This document shows, in pieces, positions 23,923 through 38,104 of a DNA stretch of 64,000 bases. A program made the translations under genes and the position numbers. This stretch comes from Escherichia coli. Lineage in GTDB: Bacteria > Pseudomonadota > Gammaproteobacteria > Enterobacterales > Enterobacteriaceae. The stretch lies in the NCBI RefSeq assembly GCF_050920415.1, contig NZ_CP169309.1. One strand, written 5' to 3'. Position 1 is the first letter of the stretch. Each line of letters begins with the position of its first letter. A model generated the notes under the pieces. The model worked only from the letters and a program-made list of their open reading frames with translations. It was not told the origin of the DNA and searched no databases.

Positions 23923-25002
23923 TTAATTAATTTCAAAATCCAGATCCAGGTCGTCTTCCTTCTCATCAGTCGAAGGCCCATTTTTACGCGCCAGACTTTT
24001 CAGCACGTTCACACAAACTGCTGTCACTACTGCCCCGACAGCCACTGCTGCGATATAACCCAGCTTGCCTTCAACCACAGGCAGCACAATCAGACCACCC
24101 CAGCCTGCATAGCACTGCGCACCGACCAGCGCCGCAGTCACTGCACCACAAACTGAACCGACCATGATGGAAGGAATGACACGCAGCGGATCGGCAGCGG
24201 CGAAAGGAATCGCCCCTTCAGTAACACCAACGCACCCCATCACCAGCGCCGCTTTGCCGGTTTCGCGCTCTTCTGCAGAGAAATTTTTACGACCAATCAG
24301 CGTCGCCAGCCCCATGCCCAACGGTGGAACACAAATCCCAACAGCGGCAATAGCCACCACGGTATAAACACCCTGAGCAACGCAAATCAGCATGAAGGCA
24401 TAGGCCACTTTGTTAACCGGACCGCCCATATCGAACGCCAGCATCAGCCCCATGATCACCGCCAGCATAACAATGCTGCCCTGCTGCATCCCCTGTAGCC
24501 ACTGAGTCAGGCTGTTGGTCAACGCACCCACCGGCTCGCCCAGTCCCCACATCATGACACCAGCGGTAATCAGTGTGCCGACGATCGGAATGATGAAGAT
24601 TGGCATCACCGAGCGCAGAACTTTATGCACCGGAATTTTCTTCAGATAATGCACCACGATGCCGCCGATAATCCCTGCGATCAGCGCACCAAAGAAGCCC
24701 GCGCCAAAGCTGTTACCAACCCAGGCACCGATGGCGCACGGAGCCAGCGCAGAACGTTCTGCAATGGAATAACCGATGTACGCTGCGAGGAAAGGCACCA
24801 TCAGCGTCAACCCCGCAACGCCGATATCAAACAGTTTTTTTAGATTCGGATCGGCTACGGCATCCGGCACTGCGCCTTTGCCATACAACATGACGGAAAC
24901 CGCCAGCAAAATACCGCCCGATACCACGAAGGGAATCATATGTGAAACGCCCGTCATTAAATGCTGACGGGTATTTTTCAGGATCTGCACCAACTCATTC
25001 AT
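23923..25002 (-). CDS. frwC: PTS fructose-like EIIC permease FrwC
   Basis: Conserved start MNELVQILKNTRQHLMTGVSHMIPF (359 aa), polytopic membrane protein; the ORF track starts 7 codons upstream. Confidence 0.9.
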   Translation of the reverse strand: MNELVQILKNTRQHLMTGVSHMIPFVVSGGILLAVSVMLYGKGAVPDAVADPNLKKLFDIGVAGLTLMVPFLAAYIGYSIAERSALAPCAIGAWVGNSFGAGFFGALIAGIIGGIVVHYLKKIPVHKVLRSVMPIFIIPIVGTLITAGVMMWGLGEPVGALTNSLTQWLQGMQQGSIVMLAVIMGLMLAFDMGGPVNKVAYAFMLICVAQGVYTVVAIAAVGICVPPLGMGLATLIGRKNFSAEERETGKAALVMGCVGVTEGAIPFAAADPLRVIPSIMVGSVCGAVTAALVGAQCYAGWGGLIVLPVVEGKLGYIAAVAVGAVVTAVCVNVLKSLARKNGPSTDEKEDDLDLDFEIN

Positions 25003-25310
25003 AAGCTGCTCCCGGGCTTGCAAAAGCCCATGTCCATATTTTTGATGGAGGAAACAATAGGCAATCGCAGGCGGAGCAAACAGTGGATAAAAAGGCCATT
25101 TACTGGACTTTTGTAATATCAGTACAAAAATGCGATCCGCCTCATAACTTGCGATAATCCGGAAGCCTGCCGCAAAACGGCATCTTGTGAGACGCGTCGC
25201 AAATTGACGGTTACATTACATTTGTCCAGCTTTTGGCAGATTTGTCACATGGCAGGCCGTTGCCGTGCGCTCTTATCCTGTAAACAGAGAACCGTACCGG
25301 GAGAAAGGCA

Positions 25311-27812
25311 ATGGCCCTGATTGTGGAATTTATTTGTGAGCTACCTAACGGCGTACATGCCCGTCCGGCAAGCCACGTTGAAACGCTGTGTAATACTTTT
25401 TCATCACAAATTGAGTGGCATAACCTGCGCACTGACCGCAAGGGCAACGCCAAAAGCGCCCTTGCGCTGATTGGCACCGATACGCTGGTGGGCGATAGCT
25501 GCCAGTTACTGATTTCCGGGGCCGATGAACAGGAAGCGCATCAGCGTTTAAGCCAATGGCTGCGCGATGAATTTCCCCACTGCGACGCGCCGCTGGCGGA
25601 AATAAAATCTGACGAACTGGAGCCGCTGCCGGTATCATTAACCAACCTGAATCCGCGTATTATCCGCGCCCGCACCGTATGCAGTGGTAGCGCAGGCGGC
25701 ATTCTGACGCCAATCTCTTCTTTAGATCTCAACGCGCTGGGTAACCTCCCCGCAACCAACGGCGTTGACGCCGAGCAATCCGCGCTGGAAAACGGCCTGA
25801 CACTGGTACTGAAAAATATTGAGTTTCGTCTGCTGGATAGCGACGGTGCTACCAGCGCGATTCTGGAAGCGCACCGCTCCCTGGCTGGCGATACTTCCCT
25901 GCGCGAACATTTACTGGCAGGCGTCAGCGCTGGATTAAGCTGCGCCGAAGCGATTGTCGCCAGTGCGAATCACTTTTGCGAAGAGTTTTCCCGTTCCAGC
26001 AGCAGCTACCAGCAAGAACGCGCGCTGGATGTGCGCGATGTCTGCTTCCAGTTACTCCAGCAAATCTACGGCGAGAAACGCTTTCCGGCACCGGGCAAGC
26101 TAACGCAGCCCGCCATTTGTATGGCGGATGAACTGACCCCTAGCCAGTTCCTCGAACTGGATAAAAATCACCTCAAAGGATTGTTGCTCAAAAGCGGCGG
26201 CACCACCTCACACACGGTGATCCTTGCCCGTTCGTTCAACATTCCGACGCTGGTTGGTGTGGATATTGATGCCCTTACTCCGTGGCAGCATCAAACGATT
26301 TATATCGACGGCAACGCTGGGGCGATTGTGGTTGAGCCTGGAGAAGCCGTAGCCCGTTATTATCAGCAAGAAGCCCGCGTACAGAACGCCCTTCGTGAGC
26401 AACAGCGTGTCTGGCTGACCCAACAAGCCCGTACCGCTGACGGTATCCGCATTGAAATTGCCGCTAACATCGCTCACTCCGTCGAAGCGCAGGCCGCATT
26501 CGGCAATGGTGCGGAAGGCGTTGGTTTGTTCCGCACTGAAATGCTCTATATGGATCGCACCAGTGCACCGGGCGAAAGCGAGCTGTACAACATTTTTTGT
26601 CAGGCGCTGGAGTCCGCCAACGGACGCAGCATTATTGTGCGCACTATGGATATTGGCGGTGACAAACCCGTTGATTATCTGAATATTCCCGCAGAGGCAA
26701 ACCCGTTCCTCGGTTATCGCGCCGTACGTATTTATGAAGAGTACGCCTCGTTGTTTACCACGCAGCTACGATCGATCCTGCGCGCCTCCGCTCATGGCAG
26801 CCTGAAAATCATGATCCCGATGATCTCTTCAATGGAAGAGATCTTATGGGTGAAAGAAAAACTGGCAGAAGCTAAACAGCAGCTGCGTAACGAACACATT
26901 CCGTTTGATGAGAAAATCCAGCTCGGTATCATGCTTGAAGTGCCGTCAGTAATGTTCATCATCGATCAATGCTGTGAAGAGATTGATTTCTTTAGTATTG
27001 GTAGTAATGACCTGACGCAATATCTGCTGGCAGTGGATCGCGATAACGCTAAGGTAACTCGTCACTACAACAGCCTGAATCCGGCATTCTTACGAGCGCT
27101 TGATTACGCCGTGCAGGCAGTGCATCGCCAGGGCAAATGGATTGGTCTGTGCGGTGAACTGGGGGCGAAAGGTTCCGTGCTGCCGTTGCTGGTCGGTTTA
27201 GGGCTGGATGAGTTGAGCATGAGTGCACCGTCAATTCCGGCGGCGAAAGCGCGGATGGCGCAACTTGATAGCCGCGAATGCCGCCAGTTACTCAACCAGG
27301 CAATGGCCTGCCGTACTTCGCTGGAAGTGGAACACCTGCTGGCACAATTCCGCATGACGCAACAGGACGCACCGTTGGTCACCGCCGAGTGCATCACGCT
27401 GGAAAGCGACTGGCGCAGCAAAGAAGAAGTGCTCAAAGGCATGACCGATAACCTGCTGCTGGCGGGCCGCTGCCGCTATCCGCGTAAACTGGAAGCCGAC
27501 TTGTGGGCGCGCGAGGCCGTTTTCTCTACCGGTCTGGGCTTTAGTTTTGCCATTCCACACAGCAAATCAGAACACATTGAGCAGTCCACCATCAGCGTGG
27601 CGCGTCTGCAAGCGCCAGTGCGCTGGGGCGATGATGAAGCACAATTCATCATTATGTTAACCCTTAACAAACACGCTGCCGGCGATCAGCATATGCGCAT
27701 TTTCTCGCGCCTCGCTCGCCGCATCATGCACGAAGAATTCCGTAACGCGCTGGTTAACGCCGCCTCTGCCGACGCTATCGCCAGCCTGCTGCAACATGAA
27801 CTGGAACTGTAA
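25311..27812 (+). CDS. ptsA: Multiphosphoryl transfer protein (HPr-like / Enzyme I-like / EIIA fusion)
   Basis: 833 aa; N-terminal HPr-like domain (..[11 protein letters not shown]..), central PEP-utilising enzyme domain, C-terminal EIIA (fructose type) domain. Confidence 0.9.
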   Translation: MALIVEFICELPNGVHARPASHVETLCNTFSSQIEWHNLRTDRKGNAKSALALIGTDTLVGDSCQLLISGADEQEAHQRLSQWLRDEFPHCDAPLAEIKSDELEPLPVSLTNLNPRIIRARTVCSGSAGGILTPISSLDLNALGNLPATNGVDAEQSALENGLTLVLKNIEFRLLDSDGATSAILEAHRSLAGDTSLREHLLAGVSAGLSCAEAIVASANHFCEEFSRSSSSYQQERALDVRDVCFQLLQQIYGEKRFPAPGKLTQPAICMADELTPSQFLELDKNHLKGLLLKSGGTTSHTVILARSFNIPTLVGVDIDALTPWQHQTIYIDGNAGAIVVEPGEAVARYYQQEARVQNALREQQRVWLTQQARTADGIRIEIAANIAHSVEAQAAFGNGAEGVGLFRTEMLYMDRTSAPGESELYNIFCQALESANGRSIIVRTMDIGGDKPVDYLNIPAEANPFLGYRAVRIYEEYASLFTTQLRSILRASAHGSLKIMIPMISSMEEILWVKEKLAEAKQQLRNEHIPFDEKIQLGIMLEVPSVMFIIDQCCEEIDFFSIGSNDLTQYLLAVDRDNAKVTRHYNSLNPAFLRALDYAVQAVHRQGKWIGLCGELGAKGSVLPLLVGLGLDELSMSAPSIPAAKARMAQLDSRECRQLLNQAMACRTSLEVEHLLAQFRMTQQDAPLVTAECITLESDWRSKEEVLKGMTDNLLLAGRCRYPRKLEADLWAREAVFSTGLGFSFAIPHSKSEHIEQSTISVARLQAPVRWGDDEAQFIIMLTLNKHAAGDQHMRIFSRLARRIMHEEFRNALVNAASADAIASLLQHELEL

Positions 27813-27823
27813 AAGGAAACATC

Positions 27824-28486
27824 ATGGAACTGTATCTGGACACCGCTAACGTCGCAGAAGTCGAACGTCTGGCACGCATATTCCCGATTGCCGGGGTAAC
27901 AACTAACCCGAGCATTATCGCGGCCAGCAAGGAGTCCATCTGGGAAGTGCTGCCGCGTTTGCAAAAAGCGATTGGTGATGAGGGTATTTTGTTTGCTCAG
28001 ACCATGAGTCGTGACGCGCAGGGTATGGTGGAAGAAGCGAAGCGCCTGCGCGACGCCATTCCGGGCATTGTGGTGAAAATCCCGGTAACTTCCGAAGGTC
28101 TTGCCGCCATTAAAATGCTGAAAAAAGAGGGTATTACTACACTTGGCACCGCTGTATATAGCGCCGCACAAGGGTTATTAGCCGCGCTGGCAGGGGCAAA
28201 ATATGTTGCTCCGTATGTTAACCGCGTCGACGCCCAGGGCGGTGACGGCATTCGTACGGTTCAGGAGCTGCAAGCGCTGTTGGAAATGCACGCGCCAGAA
28301 AGCATGGTGCTGGCTGCCAGCTTTAAAACACCGCGTCAGGCGCTGGAATGTTTGCTGGCAGGATGTGAGTCCATCACCCTACCCTTAGATGTAGCGCAAC
28401 AAATGCTCAACACTCCTGCGGTAGAGTCGGCTATAGAGAAGTTTGAGCACGACTGGAATGCCGCATTTGGCACTACTCATCTCTAA
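27824..28486 (+). CDS. fsaB: Fructose-6-phosphate aldolase 2
   Basis: 220 aa, [37 protein letters not shown]... (transaldolase-like). Confidence 0.93.
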   Translation: MELYLDTANVAEVERLARIFPIAGVTTNPSIIAASKESIWEVLPRLQKAIGDEGILFAQTMSRDAQGMVEEAKRLRDAIPGIVVKIPVTSEGLAAIKMLKKEGITTLGTAVYSAAQGLLAALAGAKYVAPYVNRVDAQGGDGIRTVQELQALLEMHAPESMVLAASFKTPRQALECLLAGCESITLPLDVAQQMLNTPAVESAIEKFEHDWNAAFGTTHL

Positions 28487-28496
28487 AGGAGCAATT

Positions 28497-29600
28497 ATGG
28501 ACCGCATTATTCAATCACCGGGTAAATACATCCAGGGCGCAGATGTCATTAATCGTCTGGGCGAGTACCTGAAGCCGCTGGCAGAACGCTGGTTAGTGGT
28601 GGGTGACAAATTTGTTTTAGGTTTTGCTCAATCCACTGTCGAGAAAAGCTTTAAAGATGCTGGACTGGTAGTAGAAATTGCGCCGTTTGGCGGTGAATGT
28701 TCGCAAAATGAGATCGACCGTCTGCGTGGCATCGCGGAGACTGCGCAGTGTGGCGCAATTCTCGGTATCGGTGGCGGAAAAACCCTCGATACTGCCAAAG
28801 CGCTGGCACATTTCATGGATGTTCCGGTAGCGATCGCACCGACTATTGCCTCTACCGACGCACCGTGCAGCGCGCTGTCTGTTATCTACACCGATGATGG
28901 TGAGTTTGACCGCTATTTGCTGTTGCCAAATAACCCGAATATGGTCATTGTCGACACCAAAATCGTCGCGGGCGCACCTGCACGTCTGTTAGCGGCGGGT
29001 ATCGGCGATGCGCTGGCGACCTGGTTTGAAGCGCGTGCTTGCTCTCGTAGCGGTGCGACCACAATGGCGGGCGGTAAGTGTACTCAGGCAGCGCTGGCGC
29101 TGGCTGAACTGTGCTACAACACGCTGCTGGAAGAAGGCGAAAAAGCGATGCTTGCCGCCGAACAGCATGTAGTAACTCCAGCACTGGAACGCGTGATTGA
29201 AGCGAACACCTATTTGAGCGGCGTTGGCTTTGAAAGCGGTGGGCTGGCTGCGGCGCACGCGGTGCATAACGGCCTGACTGCAATCCCTGATGCCCATCAC
29301 TATTATCATGGTGAAAAAGTGGCATTCGGTACGCTGACGCAGCTGGTTCTGGAAAATGCGCCGGTGGAAGAAATCGAAACCGTAGCTGCACTTAGCCATG
29401 CGGTAGGTTTGCCAATAACCCTCGCTCAACTGGATATTAAAGAAGATGTCCCGGCGAAAATGCGGATTGTGGCAGAAGCGGCATGTGCAGAAGGTGAAAC
29501 CATCCACAACATGCCTGGCGGCGCGACGCCAGATCAGGTTTACGCCGCACTGCTGGTAGCCGACCAGTACGGTCAGCGTTTCCTGCAAGAGTGGGAATAA
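28497..29600 (+). CDS. gldA: Glycerol dehydrogenase
   Basis: Conserved start [39 protein letters not shown] (367 aa); iron-containing alcohol dehydrogenase family. Confidence 0.95.
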   Translation: MDRIIQSPGKYIQGADVINRLGEYLKPLAERWLVVGDKFVLGFAQSTVEKSFKDAGLVVEIAPFGGECSQNEIDRLRGIAETAQCGAILGIGGGKTLDTAKALAHFMDVPVAIAPTIASTDAPCSALSVIYTDDGEFDRYLLLPNNPNMVIVDTKIVAGAPARLLAAGIGDALATWFEARACSRSGATTMAGGKCTQAALALAELCYNTLLEEGEKAMLAAEQHVVTPALERVIEANTYLSGVGFESGGLAAAHAVHNGLTAIPDAHHYYHGEKVAFGTLTQLVLENAPVEEIETVAALSHAVGLPITLAQLDIKEDVPAKMRIVAEAACAEGETIHNMPGGATPDQVYAALLVADQYGQRFLQEWE

Positions 29601-29645
29601 TCTATGCCAAACTCCCGGCTTGTCCGGGAGTTTGAACGCAAAATT

Positions 29646-29744
29646 GCCTGATGCGCTACGCTTATCAGGCCTACGAAATATCTGCAATGCATTGAATTTA
29701 CGTGTTTTTTATGTCTGACAAGGCGTTCACGCCGCATCCGGCAC
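29646..29744. repeat. BIME/REP cluster downstream of gldA
   Basis: REP-type palindromes gcctgatgcgctacgcttatcaggcctac and gacaaggcgttcacgccgcatccggcac; a gldA terminator-like hairpin (aaactcccggcttgtccgggagttt) lies just upstream at about 29610-29633. Confidence 0.7.
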
Positions 29745-29871
29745 TCTGTGCCATTAATCTGATACTCCCACGTTGTTCGGGAGTTTTTATCCGCTTCTGG
29801 ACATTTTCTCCACAGAACAATCGTTAGCCCGGAAGGTCGAATCTGTGAATATTTTTTCACGGACGAAACAG

Positions 29872-30489
29872 ATGAAAGCTTCACTGGCGTTGTTCAGTCT
29901 TCTGACGGTATTTACCAGTTACTCCTTAAAATCTCCCGCTGTTCCACCAACCGTGGTACAAATCCAGGCCAACACCAATCTTGCCATCGCAGACGGTGCC
30001 AGACAGCAAATTGGCAGCACGCTATTTTACGATCCGGCGTATGTGCAGCTTACTTATCCTGGCGGTGATGTCCCACAAGAACGCGGTGTATGTTCCGATG
30101 TGGTGATCCGCGCCCTGCGCAGCCAGAAGGTCGATTTGCAAAAACTGGTTCACGAAGATATGGCGAAGAATTTTGCCGATTATCCGCAAAAGTGGAAGTT
30201 AAAGCGCCCGGACAGCAACATCGATCACCGTCGGGTGCCTAATCTGGAAACCTGGTTTACCCGCCACGATAAAACGCGCCCCACCAGCAAAAACGCCAGT
30301 GACTACCAAGCGGGCGATATTGTCTCCTGGCGATTAGATAATGGGCTGGCGCATATCGGAGTAGTGTCAGATGGCTTAGCCCGCGACGGTACGCCGCTGG
30401 TGATACATAACATTGGCGCAGGCGCGCAGGAAGAAGACGTGCTGTTTAGCTGGCGGATGGTGGGGCATTATCGGTATTTTGCTAAATAA
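29872..30489 (+). CDS. yijF: DUF1287-family periplasmic protein YijF
   Basis: Conserved start MKASLALFSLLTVFTSYSLKSPA (signal peptide); the ORF track starts 33 codons upstream. Confidence 0.85.
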   Translation: MKASLALFSLLTVFTSYSLKSPAVPPTVVQIQANTNLAIADGARQQIGSTLFYDPAYVQLTYPGGDVPQERGVCSDVVIRALRSQKVDLQKLVHEDMAKNFADYPQKWKLKRPDSNIDHRRVPNLETWFTRHDKTRPTSKNASDYQAGDIVSWRLDNGLAHIGVVSDGLARDGTPLVIHNIGAGAQEEDVLFSWRMVGHYRYFAK

Positions 30490-30513
30490 GCGCTCGCCCC
30501 ACCTGTAAAAAAT

Positions 30514-31419
30514 TCAGATCCTTTTTACGCTGACGGCTTCTTTTTTCTTACGGCTCACCAGCGCCAGTGCCAGCACAATCAGCACAATACCGCTGCCTTC
30601 AACCGCGCCGGGATTCTCACCGAGCAACCACCAGGAAAAGAGTACGCCGCAAACGGGAACCGCCAGTGTACTTAAGCTGGCAATACTGGCGGGCAAGTTT
30701 TTCAGCACAAACAGCCATAAGCTCCAGGCCAGCGCCGTCGCCAGAATCGCACTGTAGGCCAGCGCCCAGAATACGGTGGGCTGCCAGTCAATTTCACGTT
30801 GCGGCACCAGTAAAGCGACCGCACTCATCACCAGCGCCGCATACAACATCTGCCAGGATGTTAACGACAATAAATCTACGCGCGGATGACGGGCGTAAAG
30901 GCGTTTAGCGACAATGGCACTCGCCCCCCAACTGACACCAGAGAGGATCGCCAGCATGGCGCTTTTCATCGAAGAGAAATCGAGTTGCCACGGCTGCAAC
31001 ACCAAAAATAAGCCGAAAGCGGCAATCAGAATCGCCAAATATTGCCCGCGTCGCAGGCGTTCACCGAGAAACAACGCGGCGAAAATCACCACCCAGAATG
31101 GCATGGTATAGCTCAGGATCGCCACCTTCCCCGCTCCGCCGCTCACCAGCGCCCACTGCGCCAGGCCAACCATCCCGCAGGTTTGTAACAGGGCAATGGC
31201 TAAGGTGTATTTAAAGGGCGTCGGGCGCATGCCGCGACCGCGTAATAAAAGGACGATGAATAAAACGAGAGCGCCGAAAATGCAGCGTAAAGCGGTAAAG
31301 TCGAAGGCACCGATGTAGCTGGTGACTTGCTTCATGAAAATCCAGCTATAACTCCAGATAAGTGTGAGCACAACCAGGCCACTGATTGCCAGTGGGTTGC
31401 TCTTTCCTGCGGCAGACAT
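30514..31419 (-). CDS. yijE: EamA/DMT-family inner membrane transporter YijE (cystine/cysteine exporter family)
   Basis: Conserved start [31 protein letters not shown]; 10-TM DMT architecture. Confidence 0.88.
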   Translation of the reverse strand: MSAAGKSNPLAISGLVVLTLIWSYSWIFMKQVTSYIGAFDFTALRCIFGALVLFIVLLLRGRGMRPTPFKYTLAIALLQTCGMVGLAQWALVSGGAGKVAILSYTMPFWVVIFAALFLGERLRRGQYLAILIAAFGLFLVLQPWQLDFSSMKSAMLAILSGVSWGASAIVAKRLYARHPRVDLLSLTSWQMLYAALVMSAVALLVPQREIDWQPTVFWALAYSAILATALAWSLWLFVLKNLPASIASLSTLAVPVCGVLFSWWLLGENPGAVEGSGIVLIVLALALVSRKKKEAVSVKRI

Positions 31420-31512
31420 GAGAGATCCAGTGTGTAGTTTTCCTGTGGACACTATACGCCGGTAAAGAAACTTCAGCGACTGCCTGAAAGACAGTCGCTG
31501 AAGAAGGTCAGA

Positions 31513-33747
<2,235 letters not shown>

Positions 33748-34020
33748 TTATAATTGAATTAATCCACGGATGCGATAGTTGAGATCTTACATATTGTTGG
33801 TTAAAGAGATGTAGATCAAATTGATCGTAATTAAGACTTTTTGATTATGTCCGATTTCGGACAAATGCTTTATAAAAAAGGTTTTAGCTTCGTATTCTTC
33901 AAGAAATGAGGGAGAAAACAAGGCTGACTACCTTATTTTCTCACTCGCATTTCGAGGCAGCATTTTGTGCTCTGTTTAAAATTTGTGATCACAGTGTGAT
34001 TTTCACAAAAGGCACACTAT

Positions 34021-34914
<894 letters not shown>

Positions 34915-34956
34915 TTACCTCATCAATCGCTTGTAGTTATATGTTGTGTTGTGCAC

Positions 34957-34988
34957 ATCTATCCGTTTAGACGTCCAGATGTAAAGAT
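34957..34988 (-). promoter_or_regulatory. MetJ operator (tandem met boxes) upstream of metF
   Basis: Minus-strand sequence ctttacatctggacgtctaaacggatagat contains tandem 8 bp repeats resembling the met-box consensus AGACGTCT. Confidence 0.75.
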
Positions 34989-35204
34989 GAAGGAAAAGCT
35001 GAAGGGCGTCAACCGAAAAATGACCAATGATGGTGAGGAAAAATCAGGGAAGATGAAAAAAATTCATCTTAATTAGAGGTAATAAATAGATTTCTTTATA
35101 GCGCAATCAACCTCACTCGTTTTGACTGATATACAGGCAACACAACGGCACCTGTTTCTCATTCGAAAAACAACGCCCTGCCACCAGATGGTGATGCTAA
35201 AGCA

Positions 35205-35245
35205 TCTGATTCGGCCTGCGCTCTCGTGTAGGCCGAATACAGAAT
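35205..35245. repeat. REP-like palindrome near the left edge of the metF-metL accessory segment
   Basis: Inverted repeat attcggcctgcgctctcgtgtaggccgaat. Confidence 0.4.
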
Positions 35246-35294
35246 CTGCGAAATCAACGGGTAACAAACAGCAGAGTCAACTCAGTGCGTACTT

Positions 35295-36850
35295 TTATTT
35301 AATATCTTTCACGCGCATACCGTTGATCTGTTCATCCGTGATGGTATTACCCGCTTTAAAGTAATCAACCACCGCGTGATAAACGTAATAACCGCCCGTC
35401 GTATTGCGCGCTTTACCCTCGGTAAACGCGGTAAAACCATCTCCACCATCAGCAAGGAAACTCTGAGTGGCAATGTGGTAAACCGTCGCATCTTCAATCG
35501 GTTTGCCATTCAAAGTCAGTGAGATAACCCGCTGACCAACCGGCTTGCTGCTGTCGTACTTCATTTCCAGGCCTTTCGATACCTGTAAAACGCCATTACT
35601 TAAACTTGCGCCGTGTTCCATCAAACTGCGTAATTGTTTACCCGTGAGATCCATCGTCACCAGTTCGTTGGGGAACGGGAAGGTACTGATGACGCCACCC
35701 ATCGTAATTGCACCCGCCGGGATCTCATTGCGAATCCCGCCAGAGTTGGTTAACGCCAACTGGGTATTTTTACCCGCCGCTGCCAGCAAAGCGTCCGCCG
35801 CCAGGTTCCCGAGGGAAGCCGATTCACCATAGGCACGTTTTAATTCAACCGGCGATTGCGCCACCGTTTGCTGACTTCATCCAGCTTTTTGTTCCAACTA
35901 TCAATCACCTGTTTCGTTTGCGGATCGGGCTTCCACTCATCGGCGTAAAGGGTTTTAAGCTCGAAGTTTTTCACCGTAAAAGTGTGCGGCTTCTCTTTGT
36001 AGTCGAGAACCAGTTTACCCACATCAATCCCGCCGCTGTCAGTGGAGAGGATTAACGTATTGCCGACTTTAATCGGTTCCGGCGTACCCACATGTGCATG
36101 CCCGGTGATCAAAATATCCAGCCCTTTCACCTGACTTGCCGTCTGAATATCTTTATCCAGCGCGCGACGCACATCTGTGCCTCCCATACTGGACTGGCGG
36201 GCCGGAACACCTTCGTGGATCAGGGCAACGGTCAAATCAACCTTGCCTTTGAGTTCATCGATATAACGTTGTAGCCATTTAATTTCATCACGCGCCTCAA
36301 TACCCACTCGCGTTGCCGCAGATACCGTATCATTAAAGGCAAATACACCGTGCAAACCAATCACGCCAATTTTCACGCCGTCTTTTTCAATGATGGTATA
36401 GGGCTTATCCCAGAATGATTTACTGCTGTTCTGATAAAAAACATTACCCTGCACAATCGGGAATTTTGCCTGACTCAGCTGTAATAACGTATTGTCCCAG
36501 CCGTGATCAAATTCATGATTACCTATAGTGACCGCATCGAACGGCATGGTATTCATAATATCGATAATCGCCTTGCCTTTAGTCAGGCTGCTGATATACG
36601 GCCCGGTAAAATAGTCACCCGCATCAAAAAACCAGGTCGCTTTGTTTTTAGCTTTTTCTTGTTTAACAAGCGTAGTGATATTTGCCCAGCCGCCAATATC
36701 TCGTTTACCGTCAGCAATCCACGGCACTTTATAAGGCTCTACATGTGCATGGAGGTCGTTGGTATAAATGATGGTGACATCTTTGGCGCAAGCCCAAAAC
36801 GGCAGTGTTAATGCGATACCCGCAGCAAGCATTTTAATTTTCATAAACAA
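35295..36850 (-). pseudogene. Frameshifted periplasmic 5'-nucleotidase/metallophosphatase paralog (UshA/CpdB-type two-domain enzyme)
   Basis: ORF 35840..36850 (336 aa, signal peptide MFMKIKMLAAGIALTLPFWA; metallophosphatase motifs NDLHAH, DAGDYF, GNHEFD, GHAH) is followed in another frame by ORF 35295..35864 (189 aa, nucleotidase C-terminal domain). The two parts align end-to-end with the intact downstream paralog, so a single frameshift near 35860-35875 splits one gene. Confidence 0.75.
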
Positions 36851-36903
36851 TCCCTTCCAGTGAGATAAAGGATTGCTACATTACGTTCTGAAAGGCTTTT
36901 TTA

Positions 36904-36919
36904 TGTGAGAATACTCACA
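36904..36919. promoter_or_regulatory. CRP-type palindrome (TGTGA-N6-TCACA) in the divergent promoter region
   Basis: tgtgagaatactcaca is a perfect match to both CRP half-sites with a 6 bp spacer, lying between the nucleotidase pseudogene start (36850) and the Cys-rich ORF start (36977). Confidence 0.55.
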
Positions 36920-36976
36920 TCCAGAGGCGATAACTGTAGGACAAAATCAACGACCTTATGAAATCGTTGGTGATAT

Positions 36977-38104
36977 ATGTCAAATCTGTTTGCGATTAAT
37001 GTCTGTAAAACGTTCGGTTGTCGAAATTTGGGATTGGCCTCATCGGAAGATTACAGTTGGCCAGACTATAAACTGGGTTTTCCGGCACTACACTGCCAGG
37101 CATGCGGAAGTTACCCCCCTTTGTTTGATGAACAACAATTTCGTGACTGGTTGTCAGTTCACATGACTACGTGTGCCATAGAAACAGGGCATTTTTGTCC
37201 ATCATGCTATTGTAAAGAAAAGATTTTTTATGGCCACAACCCGCAGGGAACACAACGCGTTCAATGCCGTTCATGCAAAAAAGTCTGGACTCCGAAACAG
37301 CAGCCAGCAAGAGAAATTACGTATCCCCAGTCCATTGAAACCGTTCAACTGTTCATGCCCTTTCAAGGAGCCAGCGCACTACAAAAGCTCTATGTTTTAG
37401 TCAGTCTTGACGCCACTCGTGGCAACATCCTTCATCTCTCCACGAATTATACGCAACATCAGACAGGAGACAGTCTGCGGTACAGTTACAGAGGCAATAC
37501 AGAACCAACTGAGCACCATAGCGATATTGTGCAGAGGGTAGATATGCGTGAAGCGCAATTCTTGCGCCGGAGCCAGTTCGATGAAATTCAGTATGGCAGT
37601 GCTGTGCTCAAGCGCAATGGCAAGGGAGCCATACTACGCCCGGTTATCACGGCACACGGGCATTTCAGAATACTGAAAATCCGCTTTCCACATGTCAAAA
37701 CGCATATCATTTCACACGAATGTTTTCTGAGAGGCGCAATTATTACAGCCTGGGCAGATCAGTTCCGCCAACAACAAGGCGAACTTTGGTTCGTAGAAGA
37801 AGAAATCAGCGACCGTAACGCTGATATTCCCTGGCATTTTCAGGGAACGACATACCATGGTTGGTGGCAAAATCAGTGGCAACGCTGGGGGCAGGGGAAT
37901 AACAGCAAGATGGTCTGCCTGCTCACAGGAGTCTCCTTAGAAAGGGGCGCAAATGTTTCTCTGGCAACCAGTCGTTGCTTTATCACATGGCTGACAGACC
38001 AACACGACTTTACCCAAAGCGCGTTATTATCCGCAGGTCGCGTAACGAAAATGCTGACCTCACTGGCGTTAAAATACAATGAATCGCTCAATCCATCTTG
38101 TTAG
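36977..38104 (+). CDS. Hypothetical cysteine-rich protein with an IS1 InsA-like N-terminal zinc ribbon
   Basis: 375 aa. N-terminal 100 aa carry CxxxxC, CxxC, CxxC and CxxC motifs (CKTFGC, CQAC, CPSC, CRSC); the stretch CPSC..RVQCRSCKKVW resembles the IS1 InsA zinc finger CPSC..RYLCSHCRKTW as I recall it. No recognisable DDE or HTH motif seen by eye in the remaining 270 aa. Flanked by AT-rich DNA. Confidence 0.6.
   Translation: MSNLFAINVCKTFGCRNLGLASSEDYSWPDYKLGFPALHCQACGSYPPLFDEQQFRDWLSVHMTTCAIETGHFCPSCYCKEKIFYGHNPQGTQRVQCRSCKKVWTPKQQPAREITYPQSIETVQLFMPFQGASALQKLYVLVSLDATRGNILHLSTNYTQHQTGDSLRYSYRGNTEPTEHHSDIVQRVDMREAQFLRRSQFDEIQYGSAVLKRNGKGAILRPVITAHGHFRILKIRFPHVKTHIISHECFLRGAIITAWADQFRQQQGELWFVEEEISDRNADIPWHFQGTTYHGWWQNQWQRWGQGNNSKMVCLLTGVSLERGANVSLATSRCFITWLTDQHDFTQSALLSAGRVTKMLTSLALKYNESLNPSC

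Noticed and set aside
28945-29687. 148 aa and 232 aa minus-strand ORFs inside gldA
   Set aside because: Antisense to the well-conserved gldA frame; GC-rich antisense frames commonly stay open by chance.
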